From the NCBI GenBank assembly GCA_965213675.1, contig OZ243916.1, positions 2,080,001-2,144,000 on the forward strand: 64,000 bases of DNA, read 5' to 3'. Within the stretch, counting starts at the first letter, position 1. Each line of letters begins with the position of its first letter. Below the pieces are notes generated by a model, which had not been told where the DNA came from, made no database searches, and saw only the letters and a program-made list of their open reading frames with translations. Made by a program: the position numbers and the translations under genes. Positions 9,765 to 18,930 of this stretch are shown here, piece by piece. The DNA is from an uncultured Candidatus Binatia bacterium (GTDB taxonomy: Bacteria; Desulfobacterota; Binatia; UBA9968; JAJDTQ01).

Positions 9765-10829
9765 TCAGTTGAGACCGTAGAAGCGGCGCGCGTTGTCCCC
9801 GAGGACGGCCGCCTTGTCTCCTTCCGACAGCCCCGTGTGATCGCGCGTCTCCTCGATCATCTTCCGCGCCGCGGGCAGATCCACCTCGTGGGGATAGTCC
9901 GAGGAATAGGCGAAGGGCTCGATGCCCACGCGCCCGGCCAGGTAGGGCAGACTCGCGTCGTTGCCCTCGCAGCCGATGAGGATCTGGCCGCTGGCGATGT
10001 ATTCGGGCAACGGCTTGCACGACAGCCCTTCCAGCTCCGCGTCCCGCTCCATGCGGTCGGCGATGCAGGTGAGCCAGGCGCATCCGCCCTCCAGGAACGC
10101 CACCTTGAGGGTCGGAAAACGGTCGAACCAGCCGTGGTAGATGAACGACACCAGGGCGATCATCAGCGGGATCGGGTGGTGCAGCAGGCGAGAGCCCAGG
10201 CGGCTGGTAAACGAATCCATGCCCACGCCGCGGTTGGAGCCGCCGTGGATGCCCAGCACACAGCCGAGCTCCGCCGCCTCCTCGTACACCGGCGCGAAGA
10301 ACGCGTGCCCCAGGTTCAACTCCAGGCCGGTGGACGGGAGCGTACCGCCCAAGAGCCCCAGCTCCTTCACGCACCGGCGCAGTTCCAGGGCCGCCGCCTT
10401 GGGATCCTGCATGGGCAGCAAGGCGATGGGATGCAGCCGCTTGCTGATGCCGCGGTAGCGCTCGGTGACGTAGTCGTTGTAGGCGCGGCACACTTTCACC
10501 GCGTAGCTGGGCTGCTGGATGAAGCCCATGGAGAGTCCCTCGGTGGCGTAGAGCACCGAGTCGGTGATCTCCGCCTTCTTGACGAACTCGAAGATGTCCT
10601 CGCCGGAGCCGGTGCGTTCGTCGCTGGCCCGGACCGGGTGGACGCGACTCTGCGCGGTCATCTCCTCGGTCTCGGGGTAGTGCATCCCATCGATGGACGG
10701 GAACACCCCCGCGCGGTTCCGCGGCGGATGCAGCGCGTAGTCCTTGGCATCCGGCGCCATGTACTCGGCCATCTCGGGTATGGATTCGATCAGATGGCCG
10801 TCGGCATCGACAACCGAAACATCGCTCAT
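9765..10829 (-). CDS. Amidohydrolase_2 family protein
   Basis: DADGH, AYNDY, FLEGG and SSDYPH motifs; GGAGG RBS. Confidence 0.9.
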   Translation of the reverse strand: MSDVSVVDADGHLIESIPEMAEYMAPDAKDYALHPPRNRAGVFPSIDGMHYPETEEMTAQSRVHPVRASDERTGSGEDIFEFVKKAEITDSVLYATEGLSMGFIQQPSYAVKVCRAYNDYVTERYRGISKRLHPIALLPMQDPKAAALELRRCVKELGLLGGTLPSTGLELNLGHAFFAPVYEEAAELGCVLGIHGGSNRGVGMDSFTSRLGSRLLHHPIPLMIALVSFIYHGWFDRFPTLKVAFLEGGCAWLTCIADRMERDAELEGLSCKPLPEYIASGQILIGCEGNDASLPYLAGRVGIEPFAYSSDYPHEVDLPAARKMIEETRDHTGLSEGDKAAVLGDNARRFYGLN

Positions 10830-10908
10830 GTCAAACCTCCGGTGGGGTCGGGATTCGAGAGTTGGCCTAACACCGGCGCGCCGGCGGCGTCAACCGGCGG
10901 GCTTCGCG

Positions 10909-11037
10909 CCGTCATTCCCGCGGGAGTGGCTGCGTCAGGACTCGGTCTGAACAGGAACCGGCAACAAGCCCCCGAATCGTCATTCCCGCGGAGGCCTGCC
11001 CCCGACCCTTGTCGGAGGAGGCTCTCGCGGAATGACG
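10909..11037. repeat. Degenerate GTCATTCCCGC-type REP units
   Basis: GTCATTCCCGCG twice and an inverted CGCGGAATGACG. Confidence 0.65.
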
Positions 11038-11080
11038 ATGTGGGGGCAGTTGCCTGATGCGAGGCATATCGCCGATGTTC

Positions 11081-12292
11081 TCAGTCTCTGCGGAGATTCA
11101 GGGGAATGACCATGCACGCGCCCACCAGCAGGCACACACCCGGGAAGAAGAAGGCTGCCATGATACCGAAGCGCTCGCTGAGAAATCCCGCCAGCGTGGG
11201 CGCCGGAACCACCAGGATATGTGTGCCCAGGGACACCAGTCCGAAGGAAGATGCCTGACTGTCCTTGTCCGCGACGTCGAGCGCCACCGTCGTGGTCACG
11301 TTGGCCACCGTGTAGAAGAGAAACCCCATGGCGAAGACGACGGCCCCCAGGGCCAGGCCCGGGGGCGCCCATCGCAGCAGGAAGTAGGTGAACCCAAGAG
11401 CCACCAGCGAGGGCGCCAGAACCACCTTGCGACCCAGCCGGTCCGACAAGACTCCCATGATGGGCTGGGCGATGAGGCCCGACACCGCCATCGGCGTCAG
11501 ATAAATTCCCATCTCGGGGTTGGACAGGCCCAGGTGCTCGACGAGGTAGATGGGCAGGAAGGTAATCGCCACCTGCCGCGCGATCTGATTGAAGCTTCGC
11601 ACCAGCGTCACCACCAGGATCGCCCGGTTTCGCGCCAGCACCTTGAGTTCCTGAAACGGTCTGGGTTTCTTCGTCGGGACCTCGTCGCCCTGGAACATGC
11701 GCGCGCCGTACAACCACACCAGGCCGGCGCACGCCAGCGCCACCAGGAGCTGGCTCTCCGCCAGGGCCTGCCACGAGAAGCTGGCCAGCATGAAGCCCAC
11801 GGTCACGTAGGTGACGGTGTTTCCCAAGGTGGCGCCCATGCCGTAGATCGCCACCGCGGTGCCCCGGCTCTCCGGGAACCGGTTCGACAGCGATGCCACC
11901 GACGCCGGATGGAACAGAGTGGTCCCGGTGGCGAGGAGCGCCACGGCGAAGAGCGCCCAGCCATACCCGGGCAACGTCCCCAACACCCAGTAGCAGAGCC
12001 CCATGCACACCAGCGAGGAAGTCACGATGAGTCCGCGCAGGCGCACCCAGGTATCGGCCAGGATGCCGGACGGAACGTCCAGGACAGCCTGACCGAACAT
12101 CCGCATGGAGGCCAGACCCCCCACCTGAACGTCGTTGAGCCCCATGCCGGCCTTGAGGGCGGGAAGGAGCATGGTGATGAGTTGCATGAACCAGTGGATG
12201 GCAAGGTGAGCCACGGTGATGAAGCCCAGGAACCGGAGGCGTTCCCGGCCCACCTGCGCGGTCAGCGTCCGGAGTTGGTCCAATGCCTTCAT
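11081..12292 (-). CDS. MFS transporter
   Basis: About 12 hydrophobic segments; GILAD, FHP and GVLSDRLGRK MFS motifs. Confidence 0.9.
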   Translation of the reverse strand: MKALDQLRTLTAQVGRERLRFLGFITVAHLAIHWFMQLITMLLPALKAGMGLNDVQVGGLASMRMFGQAVLDVPSGILADTWVRLRGLIVTSSLVCMGLCYWVLGTLPGYGWALFAVALLATGTTLFHPASVASLSNRFPESRGTAVAIYGMGATLGNTVTYVTVGFMLASFSWQALAESQLLVALACAGLVWLYGARMFQGDEVPTKKPRPFQELKVLARNRAILVVTLVRSFNQIARQVAITFLPIYLVEHLGLSNPEMGIYLTPMAVSGLIAQPIMGVLSDRLGRKVVLAPSLVALGFTYFLLRWAPPGLALGAVVFAMGFLFYTVANVTTTVALDVADKDSQASSFGLVSLGTHILVVPAPTLAGFLSERFGIMAAFFFPGVCLLVGACMVIPLNLRRD

Positions 12293-12337
12293 GGGGCGCC
12301 TTGAAAGGAGAGGATGGCGGTGCAGGCCGGGCGCGGG

Positions 12338-13816
12338 TCAGCCCGCACCGTTGACGCCGCGGGCCTGAAGGATCAGTTGCGTCTTCATATCGTGCAGCCG
12401 GGCCTCGAGCCCCACCGGGTATTCGTGCGGGTTCACCCGCCGCTTGATGCTGGCGTGGAAACCGGCCAGCTCGGTGCGGGCGCGCTCCCGGGCCTCATGC
12501 ACCGAGGGAACTTCATAAACCGGCTCCCCGCCGCGGAACACCGGCACCAGCAGATCCCGGCATGGCGTGCCGGCGGGAACGGGCTTCCGGCGGGTCATGT
12601 TCATGGGATCGACGATGGTGCAACCGTCGGCGATGCCCAAAGTCTCGTCGTAGACGGCGTCCGCCACGAAGCGGTCCCCTTGGCGAAAGCGCCGCGCTTG
12701 AAGAATGCCGGGCGTCGACACCTTGATGGCCTGCTCCGAGAGCTTCACCTTGTTGATCCATGCACCGCCGTCGGAACGCACGCACGACAGCTTGTAAACA
12801 CCCCCCAGCGCGGGCTGGTCATAGGCGGTGGCGAGCTTGGTGCCGACGCCCCAGACGTTGATGCGGGCGCCCTCCTCCTTGAGCGAGGCGATCACGTGCT
12901 CGTCGAGATCATTGCTGCCGACAATCACCGCGTCCGGGAAGCCGCCCTCATCCAGGATTTTCCGCGCCCCGATGCTGAGGAAGGCCAAGTCGCCGGAGTC
13001 CAACCGGATTCCCACCATCTCGTGCCCCCGCTCCCGAAGCCTGCGGCCGATCTCCACCGCCTTGCGCACGCCGTTCAGACTGTCGAAGGTGTCCACCAGC
13101 AGCAGGCAGTTGTTGGGCATGGCGTCGGCGTAGGTCTCGAAGGACTCCATTTCGTCGTCGAAGGACAACACCCAACTGTGTGCGTGGGTCCCCTTCACGG
13201 GTATATCGAAGAGCTTCCCGGCAAGCGCGTTGGAGGTCCCCGCGCACCCTCCCACATAGGCTGCCCGGCTCGCCGCCAAGGCGCCGTCGAAACCCTGGGC
13301 CCGCCGCAGACCGAACTCCAGCACCGGCTCGCCACGGGCGGACTGACAGACCCGCGCGGCCTTGGTGGCGATGAGCGTCTGGAAGCAGACGATGTTGAGC
13401 AGCACCGTTTCCAGGATCTGGCACTGCAGGATGGGACCCCGTACCCTCACCAGGGGCTCGTGCGGGAACACCACGGTCCCCTCGGGAATGGCGTCCACGT
13501 CGCAGGCGAAGCGGCAGTTCCTCAGATAGTCCAGGAACGCTGCGTCGAACAGCCGCTCTCCGTCATTGCCGCGCAACTGCGCCATGTAGTCGAGATCGCT
13601 GGCGTCGAACCCGAAACGGGTCAGCACCCCCATGGCGTGCCCTAGTCCGCACGCCACGGCGAATCCGCCCTGGTACGGGTTCTCACGGAAGGACAGGTGA
13701 AAGACCGCCTCTTTCCGGGCTGTGCCCGACTTCCAGTAGGCGTACGCCATGGTGAGCTGATAGAGGTCCGTCAGCAACGCCAGCGAGTTGCGGTAGAGCT
13801 GTTCGAGGGTATGCAT
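12338..13816 (-). CDS. pncB: Nicotinate phosphoribosyltransferase
   Basis: [33 protein letters not shown] and GVGTKL motifs. Confidence 0.95.
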   Translation of the reverse strand: MHTLEQLYRNSLALLTDLYQLTMAYAYWKSGTARKEAVFHLSFRENPYQGGFAVACGLGHAMGVLTRFGFDASDLDYMAQLRGNDGERLFDAAFLDYLRNCRFACDVDAIPEGTVVFPHEPLVRVRGPILQCQILETVLLNIVCFQTLIATKAARVCQSARGEPVLEFGLRRAQGFDGALAASRAAYVGGCAGTSNALAGKLFDIPVKGTHAHSWVLSFDDEMESFETYADAMPNNCLLLVDTFDSLNGVRKAVEIGRRLRERGHEMVGIRLDSGDLAFLSIGARKILDEGGFPDAVIVGSNDLDEHVIASLKEEGARINVWGVGTKLATAYDQPALGGVYKLSCVRSDGGAWINKVKLSEQAIKVSTPGILQARRFRQGDRFVADAVYDETLGIADGCTIVDPMNMTRRKPVPAGTPCRDLLVPVFRGGEPVYEVPSVHEARERARTELAGFHASIKRRVNPHEYPVGLEARLHDMKTQLILQARGVNGAG

Positions 13817-14029
13817 CAGCGGCGTGGCCGACCGATCCTGTGTGACCGCCCGGAGGGAACGCGACCGCCAGTGTAGGGTCTGGCAGGCCGGTAATCAAGC
13901 GGCCTGATCAGGCGCGGTTGCGCCGTCCGCCCGATTGTTACACACTCGCCTGCGCGTGATTCGGGCCGCGCGCCCGGTTCGCGGCATCCGTCGAGGCAGG
14001 CGCGACGCCCGCGCCCAGGAGGAGCCATC

Positions 14030-14794
14030 GTGGTCAAGCGCAGGGACAGTCTTTCATACAACGGCGAAGCGGCCAGGCAGGCGCGTCTGGACCTCGCCGC
14101 CGCCTACCGGCTCGCGGTCCGCTTCGGCTTCCATGAGGCCATCGACAACCACTTCAGCCTGCTCTTGCCCGGACAGGACGAGCTGATGCTGCTGAACCCC
14201 TATCCGCTCCACTGGTCGGAGATCACCGCTGGCAATCTTATTCTCGCGGACTTCCAGGGCAACCGCGTCGAGGGGGAGCACGAGGTGGAGCCCACCGCGC
14301 TGCACATCCACGCGCCCCTGCACCAAGCCAACCCGCGCGGGTTTCGCTGCCTGCTGCACACCCACATGCCCTATGCCAGCGCCATCGCCTGCCGTCAGGG
14401 CGGACGCCTGGAGATGGTGCACCAGGTGAGTAGCCGATTCGACGGCGACGTCGCCTACCTCGAAGACTACAATGGACTCGTCCTGGACCGTACGGAAGGA
14501 CACCGCATCGCGCGCGTGATGGGCGACAGGAACGTGCTCTTCATGGCCAATCACGGCGTGATCACGGCCGGCCGAACCGTGGCGGAAGCCTTCGACCGAC
14601 TCTATTTCCTGGAACGCGCCTGCAAGGTGCAGGTGCTGGCAGAAACCGGCGGTCACCCGCTCCAGCGCATCGGCGGCGAAGCCCTCGACCTGCTGCGGCG
14701 CCAAAGGGGCGAAGGCGAGAACCGGGCGGCCGAGCGGCACTTCGCCGCCTTGAAACGCATCCTTGATCGGGACGAGCCCGACTATGCGAGTTGA
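14030..14794 (+). CDS. Class II aldolase/adducin family protein
   Basis: DLAAAYR, NHFS, HTH and NHG Zn-binding motifs; AGGAGG RBS. Confidence 0.9.
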   Translation: MVKRRDSLSYNGEAARQARLDLAAAYRLAVRFGFHEAIDNHFSLLLPGQDELMLLNPYPLHWSEITAGNLILADFQGNRVEGEHEVEPTALHIHAPLHQANPRGFRCLLHTHMPYASAIACRQGGRLEMVHQVSSRFDGDVAYLEDYNGLVLDRTEGHRIARVMGDRNVLFMANHGVITAGRTVAEAFDRLYFLERACKVQVLAETGGHPLQRIGGEALDLLRRQRGEGENRAAERHFAALKRILDRDEPDYAS

Positions 14795-14817
14795 TGCCGG
14801 CGCCGCGCGGCATCGCG

Positions 14818-15549
14818 CTACGCTTTGCGCCCGAAGAGATACGCCACGCCGATGCTCACGAGATAGAGACCGATGAGCGGTCCCGCCAGCAGCACCTGCG
14901 AGACGACGTCCGGCGGCGTCAACACCGCGGCAAGCACGAACATCACCAGAACTGCGTAGCGGAAATGGCGCCACAGGAAGCGGTGGTCCCAGATTCCCGC
15001 CCGCGCGAGGAAGAACGCGAACACCGGCATCTGGAAGGTGACGCCGAACGCCACGACAATGCGGAAGAAGAATGAGAAATACTCGGAGACGCGGATCTCC
15101 GGTTCAACGCGCAGGGACCCGTACTGATCGAGGAAATACAGGAACGCCACCGGCAGGACCGTCTGGTAGCAGAAGAGCGCGCCGGAAAGAAACAAGGCTG
15201 TGGTGGCGCCGACAAAGCCCCACATGTAACCGCTCTTCCCGGCGGCGCCGAACACCGGCGCCAGCATGCGCCACGACTGAAGGAAGATGACCGGACTTCC
15301 AGCGAGGACTCCAACGAGGAACGCCGCCTTGATCTGGACGAAGAAGACCTCCGCAACCCCCGTGCCGATAAGGCTCTGCCCCGGTTCAAGCCGGCTCTTG
15401 AGCGGCTCTACCCATATCTCGAAGATCTGCGGAGCAAGCAGGAAAGCCAGAACGAAGGGGACGAACACAGCGGCGAGGGACCATGCCAGACACGAACGGG
15501 CCCGCTCCATCTGGCGCATGAAGTCGGGCAGGATCGGGGCGTTGGTCAT
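14818..15549 (-). CDS. tatC: TatC-family protein, divergent and without adjacent tatA/tatB
   Basis: Six-TM layout, FGVTFQMP and AAVLTPPDVVSQ motifs. Signal-binding residues are altered. Confidence 0.82.
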   Translation of the reverse strand: MTNAPILPDFMRQMERARSCLAWSLAAVFVPFVLAFLLAPQIFEIWVEPLKSRLEPGQSLIGTGVAEVFFVQIKAAFLVGVLAGSPVIFLQSWRMLAPVFGAAGKSGYMWGFVGATTALFLSGALFCYQTVLPVAFLYFLDQYGSLRVEPEIRVSEYFSFFFRIVVAFGVTFQMPVFAFFLARAGIWDHRFLWRHFRYAVLVMFVLAAVLTPPDVVSQVLLAGPLIGLYLVSIGVAYLFGRKA

Positions 15550-15700
15550 TTGCGAACATTCCGGAAGCCGGCGGCCCGTATTCGTCCGTCGGAAGCGGCC
15601 TTCCTGTGTGTATCAGATCCTCGAATGTCACGCGACGGGATCGGCGCGAACGACCCCGGTGCCCGGGAGAGGCTGAACAGGCCTGGGCGCCTGCCACGCA

Positions 15701-15726
15701 TGGATTCCCGCTGCCGCGGGAATGAC
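15701..15726. repeat. REP unit
   Basis: TGGATTCCCGCTGCCGCGGGAATGAC. Confidence 0.75.
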
Positions 15727-15855
15727 CGGAAGATCCTGTGACAATTGCGACGAAACTGTTGAGTTTTGTCAGGATACCGGCTAAGTATGCCAGCTATCCA
15801 CGTCACCCTTAACGCGACGTCAACGGTTCATGTGACGTCCCAGAAGGAGGCATCT

Positions 15856-16188
15856 GTGAAGTTTTCAATGAAATCCGCCAGTTTGGTTGGCAAATCGGCC
15901 GTCGCAGTGGCGGCCCTCGCGTTGCTCGGCGCCGGCTGTACTCCCGAGCATGAGCATCCAGATTACAAAGTGAACGTCCAGGCGGTGGAAAACGCAACCA
16001 AGAAGGCGGAAGGCGCGGGCTCGGGCGCGAATGCCGCCGCCGGCAAGGCCCAAGCCGCGGCCGGGCAGGCTGCAGCGGCTGCAGCGGCGGCCGCCGACGC
16101 CGCCGCCAGAGCCGAGGCTGCCGCGGAACGCGCCGAGCGCGCGGCCGCGAAGGCGGAGGCCGCCTTCGAAAAGTCCATGACGAAGTAA
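15856..16188 (+). CDS. Alanine-zipper lipoprotein (Lpp/OprI-like)
   Basis: AAGGAGG RBS, GTG start, lipobox LGAGC, Ala-rich heptads, C-terminal FEKSMTK. Confidence 0.85.
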   Translation: MKFSMKSASLVGKSAVAVAALALLGAGCTPEHEHPDYKVNVQAVENATKKAEGAGSGANAAAGKAQAAAGQAAAAAAAAADAAARAEAAAERAERAAAKAEAAFEKSMTK

Positions 16189-16215
16189 GCGAGTCCGCTT
16201 ACTACCCGCTTCGCA

Positions 16216-17895
16216 TCATTTCCTCGCAGGAACGATGGTGAATCTCTCGATAAGAGAGCTTCCCATCTTCCTGGCCAGCGGCCAATCCGGACTACGCAAC
16301 AGCCAAGTGGCTGTGGCATACAGCACCACTCCGCCCACGAGCAGCGCAAGGAAACCCAACACTTGGGCAGACAGCGTTGCCGACCCCCACGGCATGCGTC
16401 CCGCCAGCAGCGCCAAGGGAGCCGCCATGGCGACAGCGGCGGCGAGATTGCGCCACAGGGACGATCCATAGTCACCCCAGCGGAATCCCTTGAGGCGCCG
16501 CGCCATGAGCCAAAACAGCGCCGCGAACTGGAAGGTCGCCGACAGTGAGTTGGCCAGCGCCAGCCCGGCGTAGGACAGGCTCAGCACGCCGATGCTCCCG
16601 CCGAGGGCGGTGACCGCCGCAACGAACGCGTTCGCCGACCCCGCCGTTTCCACCCGTCCCATCAACGCCAGGCTCAGAAGGAAGTTCACCGCGAAGGTCC
16701 AGAACGCCACCCGCATCGGCGTCCGCGTGTCCTGCATGGCGTGGAACATGGGAACCAGCACGCGCGTGGCGGACACGGCCCACAAGCCCAAGGCGAGAAA
16801 GATCAGCGCGCGCGCGCAAGCAGCGACATCGGCCGCGCCGAAGGCGCCCCGTTGAAACAGCAGGGAAAACGCCGGCACGGCGACAACCACCAGCCCAAGC
16901 GCGCACGGCAGCGCGATGAAATTCACCATCCGCAGGGCGTAGCCGAGGGCCGTCCGCAACCCGTCCACATCCCGGCGCGCCGCCAGCGAGGAAAAGCTCG
17001 GCAACGCGGCCGTACCCAGGGCCACGGCGAACACGCCCAAGGGAAACTGCAGCAGGCGGTCGGCATAGTAGAGATAGGAAACACTTCCGGGCTCCAGCAA
17101 CGAGGCCAGGATGGTGCTCACCAGCACGTTCAGCTGATAGACGGCGGCGCCGATGACCGCGGGACCCATGAGCCGCAGAAATCCGGAGAGCGCGGGGCTG
17201 CGGAAGTTCGCGCTGGGCATCCAGGAAAAACCGTACCGGCGCAGGAACGGCAGTTGCAACGCAAGCTGCGCGGCGCTGCCCAGCAGCACCCCGTAGGCCA
17301 GGCTCATGACCGGCTGCGACAGCAGCGGGACCAGCAGAAAGGCCGCCGCGATGATGGACAGGTTCTGGAGCACGGGCGCCAGTGAAGGCGCCATGAAGTG
17401 GCGAAACGTGTTCAGGTACCCCATGCACAGGGCCACGAGGCTCACGAAGAAGATGCTGGGGAACATGATGCGCACAAGGCGGACCGTGAGGGAGAACGTC
17501 TCGGGCGCGGCGGAGAAACCTGGCGCGAACAGCCACGTCAAGGGCGACGGGAAGAGCACGCCGGCGGCGGTCACCACAAGAAGGCTGAGGACCGCGAAGG
17601 TCATGATCACGCGGCTCGCCTCGATGGCCTCCTGGCGCCCCTGGGTGGCAAGTATGCGGGCCAGGACCGGCACGAAACCGGCGGACAAGGCGCCCTCCGC
17701 GGTCAATCGCCGCAACAGGTTGGGAATGCGGAAGGCAACGAAAAACGCGTCGGCGGCGCTCCGGGCGCCCAGCAGGTATCCGATGACGATATCCCTGGCA
17801 AGACCCGAGAAACGGCTCAACAGGGTCATCGAGCCCACGACCCCCGTGGCCTTCGCGACCCGGCCCAGCTCCCTCGCCGTTGACTCATCACCCAT
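16216..17895 (-). CDS. murJ: Lipid II flippase MurJ
   Basis: SRFSGLARD, DAFFVAFRIPNLLRRLTAEGA and YYADRLLQFPLG motifs. Confidence 0.96.
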   Translation of the reverse strand: MGDESTARELGRVAKATGVVGSMTLLSRFSGLARDIVIGYLLGARSAADAFFVAFRIPNLLRRLTAEGALSAGFVPVLARILATQGRQEAIEASRVIMTFAVLSLLVVTAAGVLFPSPLTWLFAPGFSAAPETFSLTVRLVRIMFPSIFFVSLVALCMGYLNTFRHFMAPSLAPVLQNLSIIAAAFLLVPLLSQPVMSLAYGVLLGSAAQLALQLPFLRRYGFSWMPSANFRSPALSGFLRLMGPAVIGAAVYQLNVLVSTILASLLEPGSVSYLYYADRLLQFPLGVFAVALGTAALPSFSSLAARRDVDGLRTALGYALRMVNFIALPCALGLVVVAVPAFSLLFQRGAFGAADVAACARALIFLALGLWAVSATRVLVPMFHAMQDTRTPMRVAFWTFAVNFLLSLALMGRVETAGSANAFVAAVTALGGSIGVLSLSYAGLALANSLSATFQFAALFWLMARRLKGFRWGDYGSSLWRNLAAAVAMAAPLALLAGRMPWGSATLSAQVLGFLALLVGGVVLYATATWLLRSPDWPLARKMGSSLIERFTIVPARK

Positions 17896-17909
17896 GCGGT
17901 GCTACACAG

Positions 17910-18026
17910 CTAGTGCTCCGCGTCACAAGGAAACGCATGAATCCGCCAGCGCAGGTCGCAAGGCGTGACGAGCAGCGGTGTCGGCACCCGCGGATTCACA
18001 GGCTTCTTTGCGACCCGGGACACAAG
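17910..18026 (+). mobile_element. Degenerate, internally deleted family A element in the murJ-rpsT intergenic region
   Basis: CTAG, then imperfect 33-bp inverted arms (TGCTCCGCGTCACAAGG..TGAATCCGC / GCGGATTCA..TTTGCGACCCGGGACA) and core remnant GCAAGGCGTGACGAGCAGCGG. Confidence 0.55.
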
Positions 18027-18043
18027 ACTCCAGGAGGTACATC

Positions 18044-18364
18044 TTGGCGAACCACAAGTCGGCCATCAAACGGCACAAGCAAAGCGAGCAACGCCATCTG
18101 CGCAACCAGGCGTTTCGCTCACGCGTCAGAACCTTGGTCAAGAAGACACGGGTAGCGATCGAGAGCAAGGACCGCGATGCCATCGCGGAGCGTATCAGGG
18201 AAGTGAACGGGTTGCTGGACAGGGCCGTGCTCAAGGGTGTGCTCAAGCGCAACACGGCCTCCCGCAAGATGGCGCGGTTGGCGCGGGCCGCGCACCAGGC
18301 GGTTCCCCAGGAGTCGCCCGCAGAGACATCCGTCAGTACCCCTCCGCCATCCGCTGCCGGATGA
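18044..18364 (+). CDS. rpsT: 30S ribosomal protein S20 with C-terminal extension
   Basis: AGGAGG plus TTG start; ANHKSAIKR, KGVLKRNTASRKMARL. Confidence 0.93.
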   Translation: MANHKSAIKRHKQSEQRHLRNQAFRSRVRTLVKKTRVAIESKDRDAIAERIREVNGLLDRAVLKGVLKRNTASRKMARLARAAHQAVPQESPAETSVSTPPPSAAG

Positions 18365-18926
18365 CACGGGCCAGCCGCAGCAGCAACCGTTCCCTCGCAG
18401 CCATTCGAGAACTCTCCGCGACCACGGCGTCGCTCAGACGGCCGACATCCCCGGCATCCAGATTGTCGCGCAGAAACTCTCCGGAGCCCGGGACCACGGC
18501 CCCACGGGCGCCTGCGTAGACTTCCTGCAACCGCACTCCCTGTCGCGGCCACAAGACTTCCCGCGGCGAACGCCGCCGCAGCGTGATCTCCACGTCGAGT
18601 TGGGCTTCGGACTGCAACACCCGCTCCGCTCTGTCCACCGCGAGATTCCGGGTGCGGTAGTGCCGGATCACTCCGGACAGGACCGCATCGGCATCCTCGA
18701 ACCGCTCCACAACCCGTGGCCGCTCCATGCCGGCAAACTCCCGTCGCAACGCCAGCCCGAGCCCGTGCTCCAGTCCGGTGATACCGGTCTGATTGAGGAA
18801 ACGCTCAAGGTAGACGGTTCGGACGCCGTCCGGCAATCCGGCGCCGGAGCCCACGAACCGGTAGCCGCAGGCCCCCGCCAGCAGCGTGGCCGCCAGCGCC
18901 AACGCCAGACCCAGGGCGCCACGCAA
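18333..18926 (-). CDS. lptE: LPS assembly lipoprotein LptE family
   Basis: Lipobox LAGACGY followed by FLNQT; canonical position after leuS. Confidence 0.82.
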   Translation of the reverse strand: MRGALGLALALAATLLAGACGYRFVGSGAGLPDGVRTVYLERFLNQTGITGLEHGLGLALRREFAGMERPRVVERFEDADAVLSGVIRHYRTRNLAVDRAERVLQSEAQLDVEITLRRRSPREVLWPRQGVRLQEVYAGARGAVVPGSGEFLRDNLDAGDVGRLSDAVVAESSRMAARERLLLRLARVIRQRMAEGY

Positions 18927-18930
18927 GCCT

